The position numbers and the translations under genes were made by a program. Positions 54,968-64,000 of a DNA stretch of 64,000 nt are shown here, piece after piece. Every line of letters begins with the position of its first letter. Positions within the stretch are counted from its first letter, which is position 1. Source of the stretch: a virus; the IMG/VR virus record IMGVR_UViG_3300045049_000070, positions 1-64,000 of that record; one strand, given 5' to 3'. Under the pieces are notes generated by a model. The model saw nothing but the letters and a program-made list of their open reading frames with translations. It was not told the DNA's origin and made no database searches.

Positions 54968-55150
54968 ACTGCCCAAGGTGAGTCGACGTCGAATCGGCTC
55001 ACCAAAGAGACACAAATGGATTCGTCTGTTTAGTCACAGTGAAGCACATGCTATTGTGAATCATCCAGATTGTCACCCAAACTGGACCGAATGTCCGACC
55101 TGTAAGAACGACATTGTAAAGTGTGTAATCCTTAACAAACAAGGACAACC

Positions 55151-55354
55151 ATGAATCTTGCAGGATGGATGTTGTTAGTATTACTAGCTGACGGTTATCC
55201 GACAGCCATTCAGATGAGAAGCTATGACAGTTGTGTTAGCACGATGTTAGAACTGCACATCAAGGTTCCTGAAACGAAACCTACGTGTGTAAACAGAAAT
55301 CCTTTGTACGATGGATTTAGAGTAACTCCTCAATCTGTTACAGGAAAGAAATAA
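55151..55354 (+). CDS. small secreted/membrane-anchored protein
   Basis: Hydrophobic N-terminus, two Cys; AAGGA RBS. Confidence 0.6.
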   Translation: MNLAGWMLLVLLADGYPTAIQMRSYDSCVSTMLELHIKVPETKPTCVNRNPLYDGFRVTPQSVTGKK

Positions 55355-55355
55355 C

Positions 55356-56075
55356 ATGAACATCATCTTCCTACAAGGAGCTGGTGGAACAGGCAAGTCA
55401 TCTGTAGTGAAGGAACTCAAACGTATGTACCCAAGTGGCGGAGTGTATACGTTGAGTTCCAGCACGCGTAAGACTTATGAGCGTCTTGGAATCCAAAGTG
55501 AAACCGATAGTCTTGTCATGGACGATGAGACTCGTGTACGGCTGCAAGAAGCAGTTATGGATGATTGGGCAACTGACATTCAAATCGCAGCCTGTCAGTT
55601 ACAAGATGAAGAGAAAGAGTTCGGAGACCGACTATTAATCGTAGATAGAGGTCCATTCGATCGAATGGCTTATTGGCTACTGACGATGATGGAGTGTAAT
55701 CCAGGTTCAGTAGACAACTATGTCAGCAAGATGAATAAAATGATTGCATGGTTGGATGGGCTTGAAGCTGACATCATGCTGTTTGTAGAGTTTCCTTATC
55801 CAGTCGCGTGGCCTACACAGGATAACTTCCGTACACCGAACGAGCTTCAGACAATGGCGTTATCTTTGATGATCAGCCAAATGTGTTTTCGTCACCATCA
55901 AGATGTGAAGGCTGTATCGAGATACTGGAACATTAATGAGATAGCACCTGCTGGAACAGCTTTGGATAGAGCTTCCAACATGATTACAAGGTATAGTCAG
56001 CTAGTTGACGTGTTCAAAGAGAGCTCGCGTATGCCGAAGAAGCGTGGATTTTTCGATCGTCTGACAGGTAGGTAA
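55356..56075 (+). CDS. P-loop nucleotide kinase-like protein (dNMP kinase / NadR-type ATPase)
   Basis: GAGGTGKS, IVDRGPFD, DNFR. Confidence 0.75.
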   Translation: MNIIFLQGAGGTGKSSVVKELKRMYPSGGVYTLSSSTRKTYERLGIQSETDSLVMDDETRVRLQEAVMDDWATDIQIAACQLQDEEKEFGDRLLIVDRGPFDRMAYWLLTMMECNPGSVDNYVSKMNKMIAWLDGLEADIMLFVEFPYPVAWPTQDNFRTPNELQTMALSLMISQMCFRHHQDVKAVSRYWNINEIAPAGTALDRASNMITRYSQLVDVFKESSRMPKKRGFFDRLTGR

Positions 56076-57106
56076 TGGAGTACATCGGGATAGGAGATCT
56101 CCATTACGATAAAATGGACGGACTGGTTGAAAACGCAAATGACAAGATTAGCGCCTCGATCAGGAAAGTGTTCAAGTACGCCGTAGAAAATGGTGTTCGT
56201 CATGTCATCTTTTATGGTGACTTGTGTGAGCGCTATCGCATGTCATATGAAGCTCAAGTTTCATTCTATCAGATTGCCTTAGATCCTAAGTATGAAGATC
56301 TTGTTATACATGCGATACTTGGCAATCATGACTTCGCTGAGACGGGGGCACATAGCCTAGAAGTGTTGAAGGTACTTGCTAACTTGATGGACAAGCGTCT
56401 GCGTGTGTATACAGAGCAGAAGCTAGTAAAGCTGGATGGCAAGAAGTTCAACATGATGCCGCATCCAGTGCTAGAAACTCGTCGTGACTGTCTCAACATT
56501 GGTCACTTCGAAATGAAGAACAGTTTTCGAGATAATGGAAGGCAAATCGGCCATGGATTCACAACTGCCCATAAATGTTGTGTTGGACACTTACACACCA
56601 ACCACCGAGTGCGAAGAGCACATTATAGTGGAACACTGTACCAGACAAACTTTGGAGAGTCCTTGCCAAAGTTTTTCCATCACGTACGGTACGAGGACGA
56701 TGACCCATATTCTGTCGGAGTGGAGAGCGTTCCCTTCGATCCACCATGGAAGCTCATCAACTTACAGGTGAAATCAGAGTCAGACTTGAAAGCAATTGAA
56801 GACGACGAGAACGTTCTCTATAAACTATTTGTGCACGAAGGTTTGGACCTCGACATTGGTGATGTGATGGCCGAACATCCGAATGTGGTGCGCCATAACA
56901 GATTTGCAAATAAGAAGGAACTACAAGAGCTAATTCAGAACGAATGGGACTTTGAATCTGATTCGTTTGACAACAATTTCGATACTAAAGACGTCGTTGG
57001 CGATTACTTGAGAGAGAAAGCAAGGCTCAAACCAAAGGAAGTAAAGCGTGCGTTTAGTATGCTTGACCGCATTGTACAGAAACAACCAGCAACAACACAG
57101 GAGTAA
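56075..57106 (+). CDS. sbcD: SbcD/Mre11-like nuclease
   Basis: GDLH, GD, GNHD, GH, GHLH, YSGT..Q..FGE. Confidence 0.9.
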   Translation: MEYIGIGDLHYDKMDGLVENANDKISASIRKVFKYAVENGVRHVIFYGDLCERYRMSYEAQVSFYQIALDPKYEDLVIHAILGNHDFAETGAHSLEVLKVLANLMDKRLRVYTEQKLVKLDGKKFNMMPHPVLETRRDCLNIGHFEMKNSFRDNGRQIGHGFTTAHKCCVGHLHTNHRVRRAHYSGTLYQTNFGESLPKFFHHVRYEDDDPYSVGVESVPFDPPWKLINLQVKSESDLKAIEDDENVLYKLFVHEGLDLDIGDVMAEHPNVVRHNRFANKKELQELIQNEWDFESDSFDNNFDTKDVVGDYLREKARLKPKEVKRAFSMLDRIVQKQPATTQE

Positions 57107-57109
57107 ATT

Positions 57110-57409
57110 ATGAAGTGCACTGACCCAGGACATCAATATGAGATCGAAGGCAACCAGACTCTTCGTTTCCTTAAGAAGGAACGTAATGGCACGGGTGCCG
57201 AATTGAAGACAACTATTACAGGCACCACGAATGAGGAGCTGATCGAAGTGCTACTCGATCGACTGAATCATCTTAATAGCATGTTTCCATGTGTTGAGAA
57301 CGAACGTGCTATTGGCCACCTAATCCAAGCTAAAGATTGGTTGGATCTACGAACAAGTAAACGTCAGTCTCAAGGCGTTGAAGGAACTGCACAATCTCAT
57401 CAATCATGA
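57110..57409 (+). CDS. Tad1-like anti-defence sponge protein
   Basis: H.Y.I...L.F..G...E.L..DRL..L...FPC.EN..A..H...A..W...R...R...VEG matches the Tad1 pattern; AGGAG RBS. Confidence 0.7.
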   Translation: MKCTDPGHQYEIEGNQTLRFLKKERNGTGAELKTTITGTTNEELIEVLLDRLNHLNSMFPCVENERAIGHLIQAKDWLDLRTSKRQSQGVEGTAQSHQS

Positions 57410-57975
57410 TGGTAACTCTGCTCGATGACAGCTTTCTGACGCACGAGCACGAAACTGTCGTACGCTGCTACCAGAAGACGCCGTTCGAGCAAGTAACATG
57501 GGATCATCTGAACAAGGTGATCTCTGTCACCAACGAGCTCGAGCCTCCTCTGGCTGACTCTGATCGGCAAGTGCAGATATTCTACTACGCAAAGGTAAAG
57601 GATGATTTCCTTGGCTACGTGAAGGACTGTGTAATAGCCACTTGGATGCAGGCTCTGTTGGACTCACAAGGATGGGACAGTACATTCCTGGCTCATCCAA
57701 TGGCTGGCGTGAAGCGTGGGCGCCTACCGATGGCCGTTGCTCCTGAAGGTTTTGCACTATCAGCAGTGCAATGCGATCAGGCTTTCGAACTTCATCTCAA
57801 TCCAATCAAGTACGTCTATGGATGTACTTCCGTCTGCTTGTGGGGCAACGAACTGTTTAGGAACGGTAAATGGGTAAAGAACAACGGCTTCGAAGCAGCG
57901 CAGGCGAATTACTCAAATGTACGCCTTGACTATGCTTGTTTAGGTGCAGTGTTTCCAAATCTACTAGATTCATGA
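57406..57975 (+). CDS. hypothetical protein
   Basis: Coupled ORF. Confidence 0.7.
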   Translation: MMVTLLDDSFLTHEHETVVRCYQKTPFEQVTWDHLNKVISVTNELEPPLADSDRQVQIFYYAKVKDDFLGYVKDCVIATWMQALLDSQGWDSTFLAHPMAGVKRGRLPMAVAPEGFALSAVQCDQAFELHLNPIKYVYGCTSVCLWGNELFRNGKWVKNNGFEAAQANYSNVRLDYACLGAVFPNLLDS

Positions 57976-58358
57976 TTCCGTTCGAGGTTATGAAGGCTGT
58001 CAACGCAGCATACGTTGACTTTACGATATCAGACTTGTCACCCAAGACAATCGTGGTGCGGGTTAGGAATGCATTGATACATCTGAACTATCCGATTACG
58101 CATCTGGTAATTAGTAAAGACGTAATGAGTCAGATCGTTTCTGAAGACTGGTGGTCTCAAAGCATGGATCCGGTAACGCAAGTGGAAACCACGGCAGGCG
58201 TGATAGGTACTCTATATGGGATGACTGTCTGTTCTGACTTCGTTGGCAACGTGCCTAAGGAATCGGTGCTCGAACCAAAAACATTGGCTGCAGTCGTCGT
58301 TCACCCAAAACTTGTAATCAACAAAGTTAGATATTTGCCTATTGCGACGAGACCATGA
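57972..58358 (+). CDS. hypothetical protein resembling a major-capsid-protein fragment
   Basis: MDPVTQVE..AG.IGTLYGMTV.SD...VL.P. Confidence 0.45.
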   Translation: MIPFEVMKAVNAAYVDFTISDLSPKTIVVRVRNALIHLNYPITHLVISKDVMSQIVSEDWWSQSMDPVTQVETTAGVIGTLYGMTVCSDFVGNVPKESVLEPKTLAAVVVHPKLVINKVRYLPIATRP

Positions 58359-59446
58359 GTAAAAAATCTGAAACGAAAGACGTTGGCGCACAGTTTCATA
58401 ATCTCTACAGACCAAAGACACTTGAGAAAGTAATTGGACAAGAAGCGGCTGTGAAACGGCTCAATGGAATTATAGAAAGCAAACGCTATCCGTCAACGAT
58501 GCTCTTCACTGGACCACCGAGTTCTGGGAAGACCACGTTGGCGAGAGCATTTGCAGCCGGTGTTTTTGGTACAAAACACATCAAGCACCACCCTGACTTC
58601 CACGAGCTAAACGGGGCTGCTGAAGGTAATATCGACAACATCCGCAGCGTGATGCGAATGGCACGTTTACGCCCACGAACCGGACCACGGCGCATCATCA
58701 TGATTGATGAATGTCACGGACTAACTGGACAAAGCCTCGAGGCGGTGTTGAAGCCTCTGGAGGAGCCGCCGCCGTTCACGATGTTCATTCTTGGAACAAG
58801 TGAACCGGAAAAACTAAAGTCGTCGCTGAAGACACGCGGTTCGCACTTTGCGCTTAAACCATACTCGCGTGAAGAAGTTCTAAAGTACATTAAACGAATT
58901 GTCAAGCTTGAGGACATGTCTTACATGACTGATGAGCTGATGGCAACTGTTGCAGAAAACTCCAATGGGGAACTACGCACTGTCTGTCAGCTGCTGGAAG
59001 CAATTGTCCAAACAGCAGGCAAAGACGGAAAGGTAAAGAAGGAAGATGTACTACAGTCACTGTCCTCTGTTGAGACAGATGATGCCAAAGTAGCGATGAA
59101 TATCCTTTTCGAAGCATATTCAGGCAACATGGAAGGTGTGTATCGTCATCTGTTGGATACCACTGATGGCTTCCGTATGGTGCAATTGCTTCTTGGCTTT
59201 AACAGCTTCCTAATCAATGCAACGACTCTCAAAGGTGAAAAGCATCGGTCTGTTTGGTGGAATAAAAACAACAAAGACTTGTGGGAAGCGATCAAAGAAC
59301 TGAAGGTAGACTTACGTAATATGTCTATCGTGCAGTCGTACCTAATTAGCGCCAGATCCAGGAGCGGTGCATTTATGGTTAGTGAGCAAATGCTTCTTGG
59401 AGACGAGATCTTTAAAGCTGTGTCGGTGATCAAGAAGTCAAAATGA
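58355..59446 (+). CDS. clamp-loader AAA+ ATPase (DnaX gamma/tau-like)
   Basis: YRPKTL..VIGQ, GPPSSGKTT, IDECH, LKPLEEPP. Confidence 0.92.
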   Translation: MSKKSETKDVGAQFHNLYRPKTLEKVIGQEAAVKRLNGIIESKRYPSTMLFTGPPSSGKTTLARAFAAGVFGTKHIKHHPDFHELNGAAEGNIDNIRSVMRMARLRPRTGPRRIIMIDECHGLTGQSLEAVLKPLEEPPPFTMFILGTSEPEKLKSSLKTRGSHFALKPYSREEVLKYIKRIVKLEDMSYMTDELMATVAENSNGELRTVCQLLEAIVQTAGKDGKVKKEDVLQSLSSVETDDAKVAMNILFEAYSGNMEGVYRHLLDTTDGFRMVQLLLGFNSFLINATTLKGEKHRSVWWNKNNKDLWEAIKELKVDLRNMSIVQSYLISARSRSGAFMVSEQMLLGDEIFKAVSVIKKSK

Positions 59447-59919
59447 AGCTTAGACCAGTAGATACTCGTCCGTTGCTGGACGACATGTGGAACTTTTATC
59501 GGTACGCGACACCGCACAGTACAGACGAGAACTATCTTAAAAACGGTGCACTCAGGCACGGGAAGACGCTGTGGTTTAAGGACGGGCAGGGCCGCATATG
59601 GCACTGGAACGGACTGTATTCGAGTTGTCTGGGTTTCATCTTGGGATACGCTCAAGAACAAGAACGACACTTGGGATACGCGTACATCCATTGTCTAGAA
59701 GCGGGCCAATGTATTGATAAACATTCGGATAACTTGCCGTATCATTCAACGATAGATAGGTATCAAGTTTATCTAAACTGGCCAGATGGGTGCGGATATG
59801 AATACGATGGTGAGTTGATGCCCAATCATTTACTTTGGTTTGATCATACGAAGGAACATGCCTTCTGGAACAAGGGTAAGGATCCATGGTACATGCTCGT
59901 TTTTGATTTACTCAAATGA
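59443..59919 (+). CDS. 2OG-Fe(II) dioxygenase (Asp/Asn beta-hydroxylase-like)
   Basis: L.AG..I.KHSD ... WFDHTKEH..WN...LVFD. Confidence 0.75.
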   Translation: MKLRPVDTRPLLDDMWNFYRYATPHSTDENYLKNGALRHGKTLWFKDGQGRIWHWNGLYSSCLGFILGYAQEQERHLGYAYIHCLEAGQCIDKHSDNLPYHSTIDRYQVYLNWPDGCGYEYDGELMPNHLLWFDHTKEHAFWNKGKDPWYMLVFDLLK

Positions 59920-60076
59920 TGTCTAAGAAACCGAAACCAGAGGTTAAAGGCAAGAAGCTTTCTCCCAAAGATTTCAGCACTGGTGGATTCTTTTCACAGG
60001 AAGAGCTCAAGGAACTCGGTGTTCCGAAAAGCAAACGGAAACTACCGCCAGTAGGTAAGTCAAAGACCAAGAAACC

Positions 60077-60388
60077 ATGAAATTCCGCAAGGGGGATAAA
60101 GTTTGTGCCTTGCTCGTAGCTAACAAATGGGGTGTAGACTTCACGTGCTTCTGTGGCAAGTTGGTGAAGATAGAAGAACGCGGATCCCTTCTTGTCGCGA
60201 AGATCATGGTTAGCACGTATTACGATCTGTACAAAAAGCAGAAGCACAAACCTTCTGAATTCAGCTTAGACGTACGTCTGTTCAAACTTCTGCCATGGAA
60301 CGAACAAACAAAGGAGTATGTCAAGAGCGTAAGAAAGGCTAGCCAAACGCTGCACGAGGTTACTTGTAAAGTAAGATCAACAAAGTAA
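60077..60388 (+). CDS. hypothetical protein
   Basis: MKFRKGDKV SH3/KOW-like start. Confidence 0.6.
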   Translation: MKFRKGDKVCALLVANKWGVDFTCFCGKLVKIEERGSLLVAKIMVSTYYDLYKKQKHKPSEFSLDVRLFKLLPWNEQTKEYVKSVRKASQTLHEVTCKVRSTK

Positions 60389-60404
60389 CGACCAACAATC
60401 TGCC

Positions 60405-62627
60405 GTGAAGTTATTAGAACTAGAACTGAAGAACGTAAAACCGTTCAAGAGCGCATTGCTAGATCTTGATTATGAAGGCGTAACCGTCATCAAAGGACTG
60501 AACAAGGACGATGGGCCGAAGGCTAGCAATGCAGCGGGTAAAAGCCGGTTGATCTCTGCTTTGCCTGACCTTGTGCTTGATGAAAGTCCTAATGGCAAAG
60601 AAGACAAGATCAAGGGGCAGAAGCGCAAGAAGCAGTTGACTCGTGTTCGTTTCATGAAGGGGAAACACGAGTACGACATAACGAAGAAGATTGGTAAGGG
60701 AAAGAGCTACGAGATAGTCAAGGATGGCAAGTCGATTGACGTACGAACAGTCAAATACAGTCAGCAGAAAATACAGAAGCTGTTTGGTATGTCAGAAACG
60801 CAGTTCTATACTCGTTTCTACATCGACGGAACTATTCCACACGTTCTGATCACTGGAAGTGCAAAACACAGACAAGAGTACATAGTCGATCTGTTCGATT
60901 TAGGTAACATCGATAGCATCCGCAGGCTATTGAATGCAGAACTTACCGCAGTGTCAAAGAAGGCTGTCGAATATAAGACAGTTAAGAGGACACTGGATGA
61001 ACTACGTGAAGACTTACTTCCTAAAGAGAAGCGAATTGCCATTCGTGAACGCTTAGAAAAGCTGAAATCCAAGCAGGAACGTTTATCTGAATCACTTAAG
61101 AACAGCCAACATGTTAGCCAACTATTGACATTTGAACGCCAGAACAAGCAGTTACTGGGACGATTCCATAAGTTGGGCATTACAAGTGATCCTGCAGAAG
61201 AGTTACAAGATCTTCGCAAACGGATTGGTCGCATACAGCTCGACAGATCTAGTTACCACGAATGGGAAGCATACGATAAAGCATTAAATAGCTGGAAGAA
61301 GTCATTTGCTCCAGTTAAGCAGATGCTGGATAGACTAGGTACTGATCTAGAAACAGCTAAGAAGAAGGCACACGAAGCTGGAACAGCAGCCGCTCAACTA
61401 AGTGCTTTAGATGCAGCTCGTGATCCAGGCACCAAACCCGAACTAGTTGAACGACCGAAGTTTGACCATGATGAATGCAAAATCAAGGTACGTCACTACA
61501 AAGATGAATTAGAACATTCTAAGTCGTTTAAGGACGGCAGGTGTTCTCTATGCGGATCCAAGGTAAAGGCACGCTCGCGTGATGAGATAAAGGCAGATCT
61601 TGAGAAATGGGTAAAGCGCATAAACGCCTGCGAGAAGTATGTCTTATATGAGAACCGCATTCGTGAATGGAAGGAACGTAAACGCGCCTACGATGAGAAC
61701 GTCGAACAAGCCAATGCACTGTCGGCAAAGATTGAAGCGCGCGCCCCGTATGTAGATGTGGTAAATGCGGCGTCTGATTTGCGCGCAAAGCCACAGAAAC
61801 CTCTCTGTGACAGGCCAAAGGAGTTTGACGAAGCCCTATTAGAAAGGCTCGAACGTCGTCGTGAACTATTGCGATCAATTCATGATGTATGGACTACAAT
61901 TCAAGAACTTCAAACACTCACCGTTGAAAAGCGCGCAACTGCAGAGGAAGCAGAGTCGCAAGTACAACGACTGAACGAGATCATGGGTGAGATTAATGAT
62001 CTCACCACCAAGGATGTAAAACAGCAGGAAGTGATCCGCCGTATGCGCGGCCTCAAAGAACGCTGTGCTGCTCTATGGGAAGAATGTAAGGACGAGAAAC
62101 TTCTAAAAGCCCTTGTTGGAGCCTATTCGACATCGGGCCTAAAGAAGTTCATGATTGAACGATACTCGAAACTGCTAGAACAGCAGATAAACAAGTACCG
62201 GAAGATGTTCTTCTCTGAAGACTATACGTTTGAGTTCCAATACGATAATGGACTCAAGGTGTTGGTTCATAGAAAGTATGGAAAGCGTGTGGAAACTAGT
62301 GACGTGCGCAAGCTAAGTGGCGCAGAGAAGAGGTTCTTTACATTGCTATCTGTAGTTGCTACGAACACAATGCTTCCAGCAAAGAAACGATTGAACGTTC
62401 TGATACTGGATGAACCAGAATCACAGATGGGAGAACCAGCAATTGAAAGATTCGTACAAACACTATCAATACTACGGCGACTTGTCCCTCACATCATTGT
62501 CGTCACCCCCAAAACAAGTCTTGATATCCCAGATTCTAGGTCGTTTACTGTCGTCAAACAAAATGGTATATCCCGTCTCGTACGGGACAAGACTCGCGGA
62601 GTTGGTAGACAACAAGATGAAATATAG
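60405..62627 (+). CDS. sbcC: SbcC/Rad50-like ABC ATPase
   Basis: NAAGKS, coiled coil, CSLC Zn hook, LSGAE, ILDEP. Confidence 0.92.
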   Translation: MKLLELELKNVKPFKSALLDLDYEGVTVIKGLNKDDGPKASNAAGKSRLISALPDLVLDESPNGKEDKIKGQKRKKQLTRVRFMKGKHEYDITKKIGKGKSYEIVKDGKSIDVRTVKYSQQKIQKLFGMSETQFYTRFYIDGTIPHVLITGSAKHRQEYIVDLFDLGNIDSIRRLLNAELTAVSKKAVEYKTVKRTLDELREDLLPKEKRIAIRERLEKLKSKQERLSESLKNSQHVSQLLTFERQNKQLLGRFHKLGITSDPAEELQDLRKRIGRIQLDRSSYHEWEAYDKALNSWKKSFAPVKQMLDRLGTDLETAKKKAHEAGTAAAQLSALDAARDPGTKPELVERPKFDHDECKIKVRHYKDELEHSKSFKDGRCSLCGSKVKARSRDEIKADLEKWVKRINACEKYVLYENRIREWKERKRAYDENVEQANALSAKIEARAPYVDVVNAASDLRAKPQKPLCDRPKEFDEALLERLERRRELLRSIHDVWTTIQELQTLTVEKRATAEEAESQVQRLNEIMGEINDLTTKDVKQQEVIRRMRGLKERCAALWEECKDEKLLKALVGAYSTSGLKKFMIERYSKLLEQQINKYRKMFFSEDYTFEFQYDNGLKVLVHRKYGKRVETSDVRKLSGAEKRFFTLLSVVATNTMLPAKKRLNVLILDEPESQMGEPAIERFVQTLSILRRLVPHIIVVTPKTSLDIPDSRSFTVVKQNGISRLVRDKTRGVGRQQDEI

Positions 62628-62702
62628 AACGCCTGGATTCGGCCAATGTGTACACGGGTCTACGTATAAACAATGCGAGTTCTGTTCGCAGAACGATTAA
62701 CA

Positions 62703-62867
62703 ATGAATGCAAAACAAGGGCTCATCTTTCTTGGCATTCCGCTTTTGATGTACGTGCTGCAAGGGGTATTGGTCTACTGGACTAATCACCGATACGGTAT
62801 GGCGATTGCTATGTTCGCATATGCAGTTGCCAACGTAGGTCTGATAATGGACATGTTTGGTATCTAG
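62703..62867 (+). CDS. small two-TM membrane protein
   Basis: MNAKQGLIFLGIPLL...YAVANVGL. Confidence 0.6.
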   Translation: MNAKQGLIFLGIPLLMYVLQGVLVYWTNHRYGMAIAMFAYAVANVGLIMDMFGI

Positions 62868-62872
62868 ATAAT

Positions 62873-63319
62873 TTGATGGCGTACACACTGTCACATAGGG
62901 AGACTACGATGGACCTCCACAACCTGAATATACGCCTTCTGGAATACAAACAAATAGCATGGACATGTATTGCAACGCATGATCCAGAAGAAATACATGC
63001 AGAGCTAATGTCGGCGCGTGTAGCTAGCGGAATCACGCATGATGTTGCTCTGGTGATGAGTAACAGTCTATGGATACCATGGTGGAAGAATCCAAAACTT
63101 CTACGCTCATTCAAGCAATGCAACGTATCAGACTATAACTCACGTGGAGTGATAGGAGTATGGGCGTCAATGCATAGCACGGACGAAGTGGTTGTTATGA
63201 CAGATGTCAACGTAAACAAAGATGATCGTACGATCAGCACAATGAGCTTTGCGTTTCTGCACATTTCCCAAGTCAAATATCCTCGTCAGTACGACGCCCC
63301 TGCAAGGAGAATAACATGA
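62873..63319 (+). CDS. hypothetical protein
   Basis: ORF; probable start at MDLHNL after GGGAG. Confidence 0.6.
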   Translation: MMAYTLSHRETTMDLHNLNIRLLEYKQIAWTCIATHDPEEIHAELMSARVASGITHDVALVMSNSLWIPWWKNPKLLRSFKQCNVSDYNSRGVIGVWASMHSTDEVVVMTDVNVNKDDRTISTMSFAFLHISQVKYPRQYDAPARRIT

Positions 63320-63338
63320 CAAGATACAAACTTCAAAA

Positions 63339-64000
63339 ATGATCGTTGCAGTATTTGGTGTTCCAGGTCTTTCGTTCGCAGAATTGACATACTTGCTGAC
63401 AGAACTCGGAATCGGGTTTATGGCAGTAACGGATAAACCGCATAGGATTGGGCAACCGAGTCAAAATCATATAGTTCCGGTGGTATTTGGTTCCGTACGT
63501 TCGTTCTTGCAGCATTATCAAAAGATCAAATTTAGATCAGTTGCTTTTGTCTGTGACACATACACAAAATTGGCAATAGAGCATGGATTTGGCGTACTTG
63601 GTGTAAATAAACTAAGCAGCAAACGACACGAATATACGCAATTCCATGTTCAAGAACTTGGGGCCATTCTACAATCTGTGGACGGGCTGAGGATGCCGAT
63701 AACGGCAGAAAATTTGATCGAACCCAAGGCCTACGATCCAGCTGCCGAGATGATCTCCAAGTTCTCACAATCGGCATTGACCCAAACCCAATCACTGATG
63801 TACAAAGTGAAAAACCAAGAGTTACGGTCAAAGACATTTTTGTTGGTCAAGAGTTGGTTCCTCGGCGATATCAAAAGTAGTGATACGTTACGCAGTAGAC
63901 TGAAAAATATACACAGTAGTGATAAATATGTTGATGACCTGATGGTCGTAATGACAGCATCAGAAGGTCAAGCGTTACGTAGGGTAACGATTGAAAGCCG
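63339..64000 (+). CDS. hypothetical protein, truncated by the window end
   Basis: Open frame MIVAVFGVPGLSFAEL... continues to 64000 without a stop. Confidence 0.7.
   Translation, partial: MIVAVFGVPGLSFAELTYLLTELGIGFMAVTDKPHRIGQPSQNHIVPVVFGSVRSFLQHYQKIKFRSVAFVCDTYTKLAIEHGFGVLGVNKLSSKRHEYTQFHVQELGAILQSVDGLRMPITAENLIEPKAYDPAAEMISKFSQSALTQTQSLMYKVKNQELRSKTFLLVKSWFLGDIKSSDTLRSRLKNIHSSDKYVDDLMVVMTASEGQALRRVTIES

Noticed and set aside
1-64000. Alternative genetic code, tRNAs, introns or inteins in pol, recA or the helicase
   Set aside because: The standard code gives full-length genes with dense tiling; I noticed no cloverleaf, intein motifs or interrupted core genes by eye. tRNAscan-SE would be the decisive check for tRNAs.

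Overview
This window is a gene-dense, mostly + strand segment of a large (jumbo-type) tailed bacteriophage genome. I found no rRNA, tRNA, CRISPR array or transposase. It has three zones. (1) 1-14.4 kb: small accessory ORFs plus a two-gene NAD salvage set (NadM-Nudix and Nampt/NadV), a MazG-like protein and a short minus-strand block ending in a RuvC-like resolvase. (2) 14.4-42 kb: a probable late/virion region preceded by a recurring TAATTTGATT motif. It holds neck/adaptor-like and beta-helix tailspike-like proteins, an HNH nuclease and a giant SNF2 helicase. It also holds about 20 otherwise unrelated proteins that share one of two short N-terminal leaders, M(A/T/P)I(T/K/S)NR(I/V)xA or M(K/R)(I/L)xA(A/V/L)xRL. 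Their cargo domains include a GNAT acetyltransferase, a T7 gp0.7-like kinase, a PolX-SWIM fusion, an ART-like domain, an RMF-like plus Cys-His-Asp domain and a Nudix hydrolase. I infer this is a capsid-targeted, injected effector array. (3) 43-64 kb: replication and recombination genes preceded by a recurring TGTAAAT motif. These are family A DNA polymerase with a UDG-like N-terminus, a glycosyltransferase, SSB, RecA, SbcD/SbcC and a clamp loader, interleaved with a Tad1-like immune-signal sponge and probable capsid/sheath fragment genes. All family calls come from reading motifs by eye; no searches were run.
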